A DNA stretch of 62,146 bases, the filler included, from Choristocarpus tenellus KU-1152 (Eukaryota > Protista > Phaeophyceae): NCBI GenBank assembly GCA_964200185.2. It is 12 parts of 12 records of this genome, joined end to end, with 100 filler letters (N's around TTAATTAATTAA, not from the genome) between each part and the next. Parts side by side here need not be neighbours in the genome. Positions count along the whole stretch, not along the records: positions 10,011 to 16,263 come from CAXNAD020008563.1; positions 16,364 to 26,079 come from CAXNAD020003457.1; 10 more parts are not named here. One strand, 5' to 3'. Below, piece by piece: positions 10,485 to 23,900 of this stretch. Within the stretch, counting starts at the first letter, position 1. Each line of letters opens with the position of its first letter. Both the position numbers and the translations under genes were made by a program. The notes beneath the pieces were generated by a model. That model had not been told where the DNA came from. It saw nothing but the letters and a program-made list of their open reading frames with translations, and searched no databases.

Positions 10485-13400
10485 ATGGTACTACGGACAG
10501 GCAGGGGCCGTAGTGTCCTTCGTCACTTATTTTCTAGTCATATGGAGTCGGAGAAGAACATTGAGTTTCGCCGTGGACTATGGTTTGCTGCTTTTGGGGC
10601 CAGGCTCTCTCTCCTGATCCCGGTCTTTGTGCTGTGGTCCTGGGGGGTCAGTACCATCACAAGTGTGAGTCGCCTCAGCTCATGGACCTATGATTAGTGG
10701 GGTGCAGACCTCATAGTCTTACCCCCCTCATGAAGTATTTTGGTTGTTGACAATAAAACATGACGGCACAGCACCAAGAATGCAGTTTTACAAGGCAGAA
10801 GTTTTTCTGTAGAAGAAGGAGGACTGCAGAAGGGGAAAGTTAATTGTGGGCTATCCTGATGTACACGAAACATCATAGCCATACTACAGTTCGAATTCCA
10901 TGGCACAACCAGTGGCACCTATGAGCACCCCCCATTGAAGATGACTGGGGCGTTTTTCCCTTCTCTGTAGAGGATATCTATTAAGATTGAAGAATCAAAA
11001 CAGCAGATGAAGCCAACAATTCAGGCCCTGAGATATGTACTTTACTTCTGTGAAACTCTTTATTCTCCTTTTCGTGGCAGCAAGGATGATGCCCATGTCT
11101 ATTGAGAAGTTGTTTCCTGAGGCAATTCAAATATCAAGACGCTCTATCAAGTAAGATGAGATGTACCAGGACTGGGTAATTGGGCAGTGGTACGAAAAGC
11201 ACTATGTACACCAATGAGTAGCCTGCAAGCAAAATGGAGCAATTAGGACACAACTACCCCCTAAACCCTTTGTCACTCCTCTTCCTCACATCACTTGAAC
11301 ACATGATTATTGCTTTGGGATAGGGAAGGATTTTAATACATTGATTTTGCGCGCACAACATATTCACAGGTAAATCCACCAGCTATTGGATTTTTGTTGT
11401 GCTTTATGGGAACATCATGGATATTCGGGTGGTTTGGGTACAACCACTGGAGGTAAGGGTCAATAAACCAACAACACTTGGATTCATCTCTATTTCATTA
11501 TAAAAAGTATATACAATCACTCTAGTAGGTACTGGACCAATCGATGATTGATCTGCTTGGTCTATTGCCTAAGACTCTCACTGCCATCCAATAAAACGCA
11601 AGACACTCCACATGTGTCTAATGTACCATTATTCTGATTGTGTGTGTAGACACCCTCGTCCTTTCAAGCACAATTGCTGGACAATAAAGTCCTTTTCCCT
11701 TTCTGCCTGCTTCATCTCTGGGTCTATTTCTTTGCTCAATGTTCATTCCTGTCCTGCGGAATAGATCACGGGCCTGGCTGATGAACCCCACATCACTTGC
11801 AAGCATGTCGGGGTCAGTGCTTCTTCTGGTTTCATTTCTCGCCTCAGTGGTTTTTGTCGACCCAGCCGTGTACGACGGGGGGGAAGATCTCAACTTCTCG
11901 GGCGTATCCAGTGTATTCTTCACTCTCAATATTCTACCTTTGGTGTTCCTGCTCTTTGTCAACGATGCTAAGGTACTTAGATGCCTACAAATATTTAGGA
12001 CATTTCCCTAATACTGCTTTGAAGACACCTCCAATCATTCGGTTGTAGTAGTGGGAGAGACATAGCACCCTAGGGCAAGGAAAGGATGTGCTCCATGAAC
12101 CATTAATTCATTAGAGCGGGCCATTGGGGGTTTCGTTATGTGAGGCCTTGGCAGTGTTTGGACAGGTCTTGTGCTGTCATGCCTGACCATCTCTATCTGC
12201 CCTGGGAATGCGGCCAGCCTGCTGATGTGTTTCACCTGATGCAAAAGAGCACTCTATCACAACACATTATATATGTGTCCCGTTCGGCCGATTTTTTTCC
12301 TGGACCACAGTCAAAGCGTTCAGTTACAAGGCTTAGCGCTGCTGTAACAGAGGTGACTCGACAAGGGCTGGATAAGGGTGCAAAAACCAGTAATGTGAGT
12401 GGCTTCAGGGCGATGGATGGGTATGCCCACTATTCAATTTTGGAGACTGTGTGCAGTGCACTCGTGCATGTGTTTGTTGACTTTTCTTATCTGCACTTGT
12501 TGCATTTACCTTGGCAAATATTACATATAAGAGACCTGCCACATGTGTGCAGGTCTTCCTTGTATTCAACATGTATTAGGTAAACAACAGTCCATGCGAT
12601 ACATCCCAACTCCCTATCTGGTAGTACCAAAGACAAGAATACCTGGCTACCCTCCTCCCTCTCAATCTCTCCCTCCCCGATTGTCTGTTCTGGGACCCTG
12701 TCCCTTTCCACAATATCCAATAAGACTCCCACTCTTGAGAACACCCTTCCAAACGGAAGACGAGAGGCTCAGACCAAGGCCCAGGGAACAGATTACAGCA
12801 ACCTTGGCAAAGTTTCCAGGGAAGAAACGTCAAAGAATCCATTCTATGCCCTCCTTGGTGATTGCTACACTATTGTGGTGAGAAGTAGACAGAGACAAGT
12901 ATAAAGGTAAAGGGAGCCTGTGTGAAAAGAACATAAACCATGAGTAGAATGGTAGTCCTTCTGAGAAAGTCAGTGGGTGGTGGGGACTCGAATGCTGACA
13001 ACATTATTGAGAAAGGTTGAAGATGAATATCGTGCTGAGTAGGATGAGAGGAGGTATCAAGAAATCGAGGGGGGGTAGCATATTCGTTATTGAAAACAAC
13101 ACTACAATTTAGTCAGAACTTAAAGAGCAACAAGAAAGAGCAGAACAGCTTGGTTGCACTAATGTTTTTTTCATGCAGATATCCAGTTGAAATTGCTGAG
13201 GCTAGTACACGTATCAAATAAATGGCATGCTTCATTTTCTCTGTTATCATCACTTCCATAAACACAAAATTCATAAAAATATCCTCAAGACAGTATAAAA
13301 AACGCCTTCCCTCCTGGTCTACGACCCTGCTTGGTCCAATGCCCTATTATAGGCTTCCATCAGAATCTTTCGCTTCAGTGATGTGATGGCAGCAACATTT

Positions 13401-16087
13401 AGTGCATCTGGGAAAAGGGGGAAGAGGCGAAATAGGCGTCTCTATGGCTGCTCAATTCTCCTCCTCGTTGCATATATCATAGTTTCCGCAACAAGGACAG
13501 GGTACTTCAAGGTGATTGTCAGACAGGGAGGGGGGGGCATTGAGGTACGAAATAATGAGCGAAAATCTATGATTATTTTCAACAGCCATGGATAACATTC
13601 CAACCTTGTCAAGAACGTTCCTGATGCCATCTCATCTTCCTCTCTCGAAATACCCCTCATTGTTTGCGTGGACGCTTATTTTTACTCTTCTCTTCTTATC
13701 ACTAGTGCCAACAACAATGTCACACTTCAAAACCTAACATGCTCTTGTACAAAAGAAAATCGTTTGAATGAAACAACATCTGTTCACAAAAATAGGAGAA
13801 AATGAAAAATGACCAATAAACTCTGGTGAATCTGAAAGATCAAGTGTGAAGACTTCCTGAAATCCTATCAAGGGTCGACATCACCCTTAGCCTCAACATG
13901 CAACAACAATAATATGCAAGTTAGACATGTTGCACAGTTGTAACATGTTCCAAAATTCTGGAATATTTCTCCCAAATTTGTATCTGCACAGCTCTCTATT
14001 CTCAACAGTGTGACTCTGTTGGTCTTGGACAGTGCCCACTACAGTCTCAACCGTGGCTCCACATACTGGGCACCTGGATTTGGCATCCTTCTCATGGGTG
14101 TAGCACGAATTTCTATGATGTCTTTCATGGCTCAGTATTGGCTTATTGGTTATTCCTTGGCATTTGCTGTGTATGGAGGCACCCTGGTTCGAGAGGTGGG
14201 CAACAAGCTTGAAAGGGCGATGCCTTGGTTTCACTTGACATATGGTGTAAGAGTTGTTGGCTTGGTCTAACACTTGAGCTATGATTTACCCTGTGGAGCA
14301 ATACTCCATGTTACTCAGTGTACTCTCAGAACAGTTTGAACATCTATTGGCCCCACCACTTACTCCTGGTAGAATGGCACCTTTAGGTGCTATATGATGT
14401 CCACCACATCTGATGCCCTGTGTAATCACATTAACCTGATGAAGGGTAACTGTCATACAACTCACCCCAACCGATCCAGTTTTCGTTGCCTCCTTGGTTG
14501 AAGCATGTTATTCCTCTTTGAATTTCGCTGCCCCTCAACGAGCACTGTGTTTGAGTTCATTCTCCGATGCTCCCTCTCTTTAAAGCATTTTTATAGCGCC
14601 TGTATCGTTGGATGATGCATCAACAAGAGTACAACCTAAGCTTGATCACTTGTACCCCCCAACCTCCCTCAATAATATTCCCAGGTGGTGACCCGTCGCC
14701 TTCCACAGCTGAGCGCAGAAGAGGCTGGAGCAGTGGCATTTCTTGGACATGACCCCAGCAGCATGAAGTCGAGAGATATGGCTGCTAACCCTGAGGTACC
14801 TCACCACAGACCAAACTCTCCTGCACCTTGATCTTTGTACTCCAGAGTATGTCAGACAATGGTACAGATGTAATGGTACAGATGTATCATGGTACACACG
14901 AGTATGTTCATGATGAAGTTTCAAGATGTGAGCGTGTGAACAGAGTAGTGTTCCTCCCTCTATGTGTACATTGACGCCATTAACGTCTACTTCAAAATGT
15001 ATGTGTTTGTCCAAATAATGTGAATCTCCGAAACCTCACATTTCAGGTACCATTTAACTACCCTCACTGCACATTTCCCTATGCAGCTGGTGCTATGCTA
15101 CATCTTCTTCTACTTCGTTCTAGTGCTGGTGTTCCTTGCGTATGTCCAGCCACAGTCTCTGCCTCAGCCTTTGGTACCAGTGTGGGGGCAAGAGTGGCCA
15201 GCTTACATATTTGGGGTTGTCTGCATTGTCATCGTCGTTGCTGTTGGTTTCTTTGTGGCCTGCATTAGGTGAGAAAGAATGCAATGGATGGCTCGAAGTA
15301 TCTGGGTGGGGGTGGCGCCTGTCCATTTGGGGCCAATTTTTTTATGTCAAGATTTTTGGGTGGTTTGGTTGCATACGTCGGATGGATAATGTAAGAGCAC
15401 TTTTCCTGGTTATGGTCGAAATGGACACCCTGGTGCAGACCCCCCCTCCCCCCCAGATACTTTGGGTCGGATTGGATGGAGGAACATACCCAGAAGGGGT
15501 AATGATTAAAGAAGGATAGTTACTTTGCAAGTGAAGTTTACATGCTCCTGATGATAACAGCAATCCATGCCATAAAGTGGAATAGCATTGAAGTGCAATG
15601 CACATGACTATGGGAACAACTGAAAGCAATGTGAAGTCACCTACAACGGAAAAGGAAGGCAAACTCTCACAATTTCCTTCCTAACGCAGACACCGAATAT
15701 ATGCATCAAACCTGGATGACTTGTCTCTGCACTTAAGAAGGACCAGTTCCTGGTCCTCACTCCAAGGCACAAGTCCCCCGCCCCCCCCCCAAGTCCCCTG
15801 ACCCAGGTTCACTAGATCATTCGAATCATATTGTATTGTAATTTCAAACCTCCTTCCACCTTGCGCTGAGCGATAGCCTACTCAAACCTGTCTCATCGTC
15901 GTTGTGCAACTTCTCTAGATCATTCTCATTGGACAAACAGGGTCTCCTTCCCGTCGGGCAAAGTGAAGCCTACTTATGGCACCGTTCTTTTCGCTTGCCC
16001 ACCATGCTGGCCTTTGCAACAACTGTGTCGTTAGTTTGCATGGGACTGCTTGTCTGGGCTGCAACCAGTTCCTCAGCTGTGTTCAAG
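10485..16087 (+). CDS. Partial multi-exon, multi-pass membrane protein of unknown function
   Basis: Hydrophobic AG/GT-bounded exons at about 10485-10663, 11766-11972, 12311-12420, 13353-13511, 14009-14195, 14685-14795, 15087-15268 and 15920-16087 (for example FSGVSSVFFTLNILPLVFLLFVNDAK and WPAYIFGVVCIVIVVAVGFFVACIR). Boundaries are approximate; the gene is open at both ends. Confidence 0.7.
15290..15468. mobile_element. MITE, G-tract subfamily (complete, 179 bp)
   Basis: TIRs GGCTCGAAGTATCTGGG.. / ..CCCCAGATACTTTGGGTC, subterminal GTCCATTT/AAATGGAC, flanked by GGAT on both sides. Contig-end halves: 10011-10039, 16174-16263, 25990-26079, 26180-26276, 37774-37861, 41265-41307, 49652-49676, 53414-53485, 56255-56317. 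Confidence 0.85.
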
Positions 16088-16935
16088 GTGTGCTTGTTCC
16101 TTCCCGCAGTTATACTCCTGGGGCAGTCCACATACACGTGAGCAAAAAGAAGGATGGATTAGAAGGTTTGAATGGCTCAAAGTATCTTGGGGGGGGGGGT
16201 GGCGGCTGTCCGTTTGGGGTCAATTTTTTCGTGTCGCGATTATTGGGTGATTTGGTTACATACNNNNNNNNNNNNNNNNNNNNNNNNNNNNNNNNNNNNN
16301 NNNNNNNTTAATTAATTAANNNNNNNNNNNNNNNNNNNNNNNNNNNNNNNNNNNNNNNNNNNNCATACAACGATCCAAAACTTCTTTTTTTTTGGTATGG
16401 TAAAGAAAAGAAGCATAAACAAAACAGAAAAAAAAAAACATTCAGAAAGTCAGATCCCCCCCCCATTTTTTCTTACCTATTTCTCAGCAAAAAAGAAACA
16501 AACAAGAAACAAGGGATGGTATTTCTCAACGGCGCAGTGTTATCGTTCAGGAAATCATTGACAATCTTGGGGTATACCTTAAACCATCAGCACTTTACTC
16601 CATGCCGTCACACTGACCTATTCACTGCCCATTGTAGTTTCATCAGAAATTAGGAATTTCCTGAATCAGTCCTCGGTGACGTTCCACTGTACCAAACCCT
16701 ATCACTAACATTTAACTTCCAAAACTGTCCTGAAACTGTCAAACCTCCATTTCATCATCTACATATCCAGCACATTCTACCTACCTCACTAAGATTCAAG
16801 GTTCAAGTCCGTAACTGTCTCGAGGCTGTCAAGAGCTCCATCTCATCTCACATACCATCTTTGATCTATGTAAATATCCTTTTCACAGAATCCAAGATTC
16901 AACATGTGAGACAAAATAACACAGCAGCACTCCAC

Positions 16936-19900
16936 CTGTACATTGGATGCCGCTTCAGCATATCTATGCCCTCCTTTGCCAGATCCACTGCAATGATATA
17001 GAGATCATCGTTCTCTTCCAGCATTGGAAACACTGCATTGCCCACACCACAGCCCAGCTCCAAAAGGGTTTTCATGCCCTTGCGGTGGCGGTTTTCGAAG
17101 ATGGGTTGTGGCGGTGACTCACCCTGAAAGATGATGAAAAAACAGCAGAGTGGTATATACTTACTTACATATATCACTTCCTATTCTTCTATTGAAAAAT
17201 AGATCCCCAACAAATGAACATAAATATCTCAGAAGATGTGTTTGATTATTTTAATATTTTTGGGGAGTGAGGGTCTATATATATATATATATATATATTT
17301 AGTGTGGGGGATTTGTCTGTCAAGAAAGCTGCACTACGAATTTGTCACTTTGAAGTTTGATTTAACGTGTAGGTCAGATAGAGTATGGTACATTAGACAA
17401 CAGAGTCAGGCGATAGAAAGGTAACTAACAGCGATAATCAACTTTCTAATCACTCTCACCACAACATATCGATCTTGAGTAATTATCTACTACATTGGAT
17501 GAGAAAAAAAAATGTGGCGAGGAACAGAGTTGTAAAAACATTCCGAAAACATTCCGAAAACGTATGAATGCCACCTTCCCTTGTTCACATCAACAGTATG
17601 CCTTGCCCAAAACAGGGACAAGAAGTGCACTAAAAGGCTAAAATCAGATATCAAGATATTAGGGATGAAAAATGTGGAGACGCACAGGGATCCATCCCCT
17701 CACCGACAGTGATAAAATTTCTCAGTCTTGAATCTTACATTCATCTTTCCATAGGAAAAAAAAAGAAAATATTTTATAAGCAAACAGCAGAGCTGGTTGA
17801 AGGTTTATTCCAACTATGCCTGTAACACACCCTGAACTCTGATCCTTGATATATTAAAAAAAAAAAGTACAGACACCGCAAAAAAAAAGAAGCGTCTATC
17901 AAGTGGTGACACAGCTGATATGATGAAATTTATACCACACTCAGTAGTGGCCTACAGAACAACCAAGGAATACACTGCCTTCCAATCACTGCGAACACTA
18001 GCTGTCATCTTCTCTATGCAAAAAAGATCCTTGTACTCCAGAGTATCTAGCAAGCTCTCAAACACTCCACCTACCTCCAACAAATTTCCTCGGTGATCAT
18101 CCCCACCGCTACACACGCCACCCAAATACCCTGAACCCTCAGGCTGGACTGGATTTGAGGCAGCCAGAGGGGAGGTCTTTGCAATGGGAGGAGCCACCTC
18201 TGGAAAGACTCGCCCCAGGTAGTGCCGGTCCTTAAAGAAATTTACACCATGGCGCAGATAGAATCGGTTCCAGTTCTTTCTTGATTCCTGCTCATACCTG
18301 CAGTACAGTGAACAACAGTACAGTGAACAACAGTACAGTGAACAACAGTACAGTGAAGTGCATTTGATTAAAATGTCTTTTGATGTTTTGCAACCCAACT
18401 TGAGTGTTCTAGTGTCTCCAAGAAGGAACAAAGTATGTGTTTACGAGCAAAGTAGTTAACAGTCCGAAGTGTCGCCTTAGCCCTCAGCCTACAGCCTGTG
18501 CATGTGTGACCGACAGCCAGTGAGTGAAAGTATCTTAGAGGGTACAAGACTTGCCCTGTTTGTCCTTTTTGGTGCTTGGCTTCCCATGTTCAGTGTGAGC
18601 ATTGAGTAATAGAGAACATTCTACGTTGAGGACGATGTTGTACATGCATATTACCTACTCCAAAATGTTTCAGAGTAGGTAAAATGTGTATGTTACGAAA
18701 AGGTGTGTCTGGAACAAGGATATTGACACTTACTAACAAACATGGTAGCCAAAATTACATCAAAATCACAACATTGGATTTTAACCCCCAAATGGACACC
18801 GCTCCACCCTCTAAGATACTTTGGCTCAGTATTACCAGAGCAAAAGGGTGCAATCATGTATTCTAATAGTAACAGCAGAGCAAAGGTCAAGTCATTTGTG
18901 GTACCTCTCCCTCCAGAATGTCTTCAGCGGTGGTCCCTTGGAATCTAACAACCGTTGAGCTTCCTCCTCCTGCAGACAAAGGAATGTTGGGGGAGCATTG
19001 AGGGGGGGGAGTGGGGAAGTGTAAAAGTTGGGGTTAGCACCTACATATATATCATTGTGAACCTTGGCAGGGAAGGAGGTCAGGGCAAGGTAACACCAGA
19101 GGGCATGCAATTTAGGCATGAGGGTAAAACAAGTAGTGATATGGCTATATCAGCGCACTAGCAGAGGGATGGTTAGAGCTTGAAAAGCAGAAACGGCTGG
19201 AATGTTGGGATGATCAGTATGGAGTGTTTCACTAGATGGAACGTGCTAGTCCTGGTCTGTCCTCGCCGTAGTTATATGGGCCCATGTCGAAGACTATATA
19301 CATGCTGCTGAGTGTCAAGAGTATCGGAGGCTCCAGATGGAATGCACAACAGCACAATACATCAGAATGACCATCTTTACAACAAGACTAGTGCAGAAAC
19401 ATCTCCTTCGTCACAGATGACTACACAGAAAAAGAGGTGGTCAGATCATAACCACCGTCTGAATGACCACTGATACAAAATAGTCCCAGCACCAAACGAT
19501 TTTACTTTGACCTTCCCTTTAATATCTGCATATGAAACACACCAGCGAGTGTGAGTAGCCATGCTTGGCTTCTTCAAGAATAGTAATCTCAGTAACTACT
19601 CTCTACCGATTGTTGAGGTGGCAAGTGAAGGCAAGAAATAAGCTATGATCACGAAGAAGGTCGGTTACAGAGGCAAACCTCATCTCTACCCCGAATCACT
19701 CGTTTTGATAGGTCAAATTTGATCAACATTCACTAAAATACTGGCGGTACACTCTGTTGACAATGTTATCTGGTTCTTCCATTACAACTTCCCTCGTGCT
19801 TAACACACAAAGTTTTCATCTCAAATTGGCCTATCAACTCTATCATTTGTTTCATTTCTTCTATTCCTCCTCAGTGCTTCCTCCATGCATATCAGCAATA

Positions 19901-20640
19901 CTAGGAGTTCATGGCTGGGAATATGGGAACAAGCAACAAGTCATCACATAAAGATTTGAGAGTCGAGGGCTTCGATCACATGAAACTGCAACGCCATTCG
20001 CAATCCTTGAGATAGAACTGTGGAGATCGACAACCTCCAAATGTGCAACCCACCTGATCATAAACACCCTACCTCTTCAGGAGTCCAAATATCATCCGTC
20101 CATAGAAGCTCTGGGTTGTCCAGTATGCGGCCCATGTATGGAGCTGGACCCTCCAACGTCATTGATTTGCCAAGATCCAGCTCCTCTGCTGTCGGTTGTC
20201 CTTGCACTGCATTCACATCGCATAATGGCACTGGGGGGGAAGAGCGCGATAAACACGTTGAAGAACTACCATTGAGACAGTGAACGACCTTCCACTAGGC
20301 CTGGAAACTTAACTCACCACTTGAGAGACCACTCCAAACCTTGACATCTATGAACTCAACCTACCCAACCATCTCAACCACCCCCCCAACACATGGCCAT
20401 AGTCCTTCATCAGCACATCACCGAGCCCGACACATCCACAGACTTGAAACAACTGACTCAACCAATTGTACTAACACCCAAACAAATCCTCTTACCAACT
20501 ACTGGCCTATTCAAATTTGAATCGGGCAGCCCCACACCTTCTGCAAAGTGCTCCTCTTGCTTGGCATCTAATATCGCACTCTCTGGTATGACTAGAAGCT
20601 TGAACAAACCTAGAGCAAGCTGGTGCTCCCCGGTCGACAT
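16936..20640 (-). CDS. METTL2/METTL6/Trm140-like tRNA m3C32 methyltransferase, 3'-truncated
   Basis: Exons ~20290-20073 (GRILDNPELLWTDDIWTPEE), 18969-18905, 18297-18075 (YEQESRKNWNRFYLRHGVNFFKDRHYL) and 17123-16936 (LLELGCGVGNAVFP, SAM motif I) are phase-compatible. The 5' exon and start codon are uncertain. Confidence 0.88.
18301..18356. repeat. 15-bp tandem repeat, ~4 copies (CAGTACAGTGAACAA)
   Basis: Direct reading; abuts the splice acceptor at 18298. Confidence 0.9.
18522..18827 (+). mobile_element. MITE subfamily A, with internal insertion
   Basis: TIRs GAGTGAAAGTATCTTAGAGGGT / ACCCTCTAAGATACTTTGGCTC, AGT direct repeat on both flanks, internal hairpin TTACCTACTC..GAGTAGGTAA. Confidence 0.9.
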
Positions 20641-20989
20641 AGCAACCCTAAACTCTTTCACTCATACCTCACTCAGAAATGCGGTCTAACCTATAATTTC
20701 CCACCGATTGTATGTAGACACCGATTTCAAAGAGAAACAGACACATATATGCGCACCGATTTCAAAGAGAAACCGATTGACATGTTGAAGGATCAAGATA
20801 GAAACTACTCTCCAATCATGAACAAAACCTGAACGGGACCCTGCCTGCCCTTTCATCAGGGTATGTTCCTACTTTGTAGCAGGACATCCGTTCCGTCTTC
20901 ACGGTACCACTGCGACGATCTCAAGAGAAGTTTGGGATAATAGACGAATTGGAATTGTGTGTCAGGGTTAGTTCGCGCTCAAGGAGTTC

Positions 20990-23900
20990 ATGCCGCTGCT
21001 CAGGTTTCTCGATCGGAAACGGAGCAGAGGCAGCAACCCATCTATTGATGAAGTTCAGTCGAGCTTTAGAACTAAGAGTTTTTCATCTTCTCGACTGGAT
21101 CTTGACGAAGCTCATGGCGAGTCTCTCGTTGAGGGGTCTGTGCTCGGAGCTGTGGACGATGTTTCCATGCTAACAAAGGGAGGGATAATACCAAGAGCAG
21201 CCCGAAGGGGGAGTGCAATACGTCGGGAAATGCGCGCTCGAAGGAAGGAGAGTAATGAACTCCCGTTTTTTGTGACCCACCCAACGACCTACACCAGGCG
21301 ATATAGCACTGGAAGATTGCACAATAGCGATGATAAGAAAAGGTGAACGCAAACAAACAAGCATACGAACAAATGGACATCTCTGGAATACGGTGTTGAT
21401 GCACGGCGTCTCTCCACTATGGCATCCTGGCGATGTTTCAACCACCTACGATTAGGCCTTGTGATTACAACGAAACTTATCTGCTGTAAAATGTCTACAT
21501 ATATCCCACCTGGAACTACAGGCGACAAGATATTCTAGGACATAATCCTGATGCTTCCACCATCTCGTCTTCTAACCTGGATGCGTCAAAAACACGACGG
21601 AAAAAAGAACAGGAAGAATATCTTGGAGAACAAGGCAAGGCTTTGAAGCAAATGACTGCAATTCTAATTCTGAATAATTTTTTGCGCTTGCACACTCAAA
21701 CAGCACAGAGTTTGTAGCAGGGGTCACAGAAGTGTTGAGATCTAAACACAGTATCTTGTTCAACATGTTGGTACGCACACAGCATATTTTGTCGCAATAG
21801 ATATCTATTCCACAGCTCATAATAAATTGAATTGAGGAAGCAACCGAACTTAAATATGCAGTTGTTACTTTGAGCCAAGGAGAAGCAGGTACTCAACCGA
21901 GAAGGAGGAATTTGAGTAAAGGGGTAACTGCAGATGTTTTGTGATATTACTAGGCGGTTGGAAGAGTATCCCCCCCGCACATGCATAGGATTCACTAACA
22001 GAGTGAAATTATCTTAGAGGGTACGAGCTTTTCCTGTTTGTCCATTTGGGACTTGACTTCCCATGGGTTTCAAATGAAATTTTACCTACTCCAAAATGTC
22101 TCGGAGTAGGTAAAATGTATACGCTATGAAAAAGTGTGTCCGGAACAAGGACGTTGACATCTCCTAACAAACATGATGGCCGAAATTTCATCAAAATCGC
22201 ATCATTGGATTTTGGCCCCCAAATGGACGCGGCTCTACCCTCTGTGTGATATTTTTACTCAACCCCAAAATTGACAATATTTTTAATTGACATTAAATCC
22301 TTCCCAGATGTGCAATGTTTTCTGTATAACAAGATAGATACATATAATTGACTTATCCAAGACTGAAGCCGTGCCTTTTAGTAGACTGATCTCTTGGAAT
22401 GGTTCATATCATGATTCTGGCAACAATGTGGATATCATGCAGGAGTTGATACCACCCTTTCCTCTCCCTTAACGCCTCCTACAATTAGCAGCAGGGTCGC
22501 AGGTGACCTCTGCACCCTTCAACAACAGAAAAGAAATACATAACAATGGAACCTCAGGGAAGGAAAGAGTAACAACTGTCTCAATGACGGAAGAACAACA
22601 TACAGTAGATAGACGTGCAGAGGGTGCACAAAACTTTAAGGTGCAAGGGAAGGGGGGAGGGTGGGAGCTTCTGCGCAACTCTCTCTGGGTTAGAGATTCT
22701 CGCACAGAAAGGAGACAAAAAAGGCAACCAGGTTCCTTGTTGAGTGGAGATACAAGGGATGTCACTCGACAGGAGAGGAGGGCCAGCATGAGGAGAGACT
22801 CTGCGGATAGGAAAAAGGTGGGACAGCAGGTTCCCATGAGAGTGGAGAAGTGTCGAATAATATGTGTACTCGGAGGAAAGATGAACAGCCCAAAATATAT
22901 TCCATCACTTGTACAATTTTATTTTTTCACATCATTAGAAGAAGACTCACCATGTATCTCACTAGACTTTCCTAGTGTGCTCAGGTTGGGAGAGATGAAT
23001 TCCTGAAGGTTTCCTGACAGCCTGGGATCCTTCCTGGTTGATCACTGCCAAGGGCACAGAAAATTGATTGTTGTGCATTTACCTCCATCTCACACACAAC
23101 CCACAAAATGACACTCCCACAACCTCTTGGGAGCAGGAGATGGAACAGTCGTCAGTAAACGCCATCCAGGATGCTGTGAACACCCTTGGAGTGAAGCCCC
23201 TGGGTCCATCCGATGACCCACCTGGAGTGATCTACCTTGATGGTGATCTGACAAAAAAGACCATTGATTTTACAGTTTTGGAGGAGATAGGGGAAGGAAT
23301 ACAAGCCGCAAGGAAGAAGCTGTACGATCTAAGGACAAAGAGGACCTCCTTGGTGGAGGAGATCAGGTCTGAGAACCAACGGGTAGGTTCAACCAGAAAA
23401 TAACATCATTTTGGGTTAGGGTTAGGGTTAGAGGTGTCTAGGAAGGTTTCACCACAAATTTCCTTTTAGGGTTAGGGTTAGAGGAGCCTAATAAGACTGC
23501 AAAGGGAGTCGAATTTAGATGTTTAGTTGTGGCTGTTGGGAAAGGGACTAGCTTGCTTGTATCGGTGGGTGACTGATCACTGTGAAATACTAATTGTTCA
23601 ACAGGCCATACACTTTATTTCTGTATCCTGTTCATCTCGTGCAGTTCAATGCTAAAACAACAAGGTAGAAAGCTAACCCAACCCAATAAGGAGAGTTGTC
23701 TTGTACTGCTGGACATTATCCACGTGCACCCGACTCAGGTTGTCCAACGTTGCAAGGCCTTGTTTAAAATGGAAATATTGGTCTCAAGATTGTGTCATTA
23801 AATGAAGATTTTTTTGGTTGATTTGTGACCCAAAACATTTAAGAGGGTAGGAGTTTTGCCCTGTTTGTCTGATCAGGGCTTGGCTTCCCACGGGTTTATT

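Noticed and set aside
15290-15294. Terminal GRNYC-like pentamers of the MITEs as a 5-bp TSD
   Set aside because: They are conserved between independent, oppositely oriented copies of a subfamily, so they belong to the element.
416-20640. Apparent cluster of RNA methyltransferases plus rpsD as a translation-related system
   Set aside because: The three genes lie on separate contigs joined artificially.
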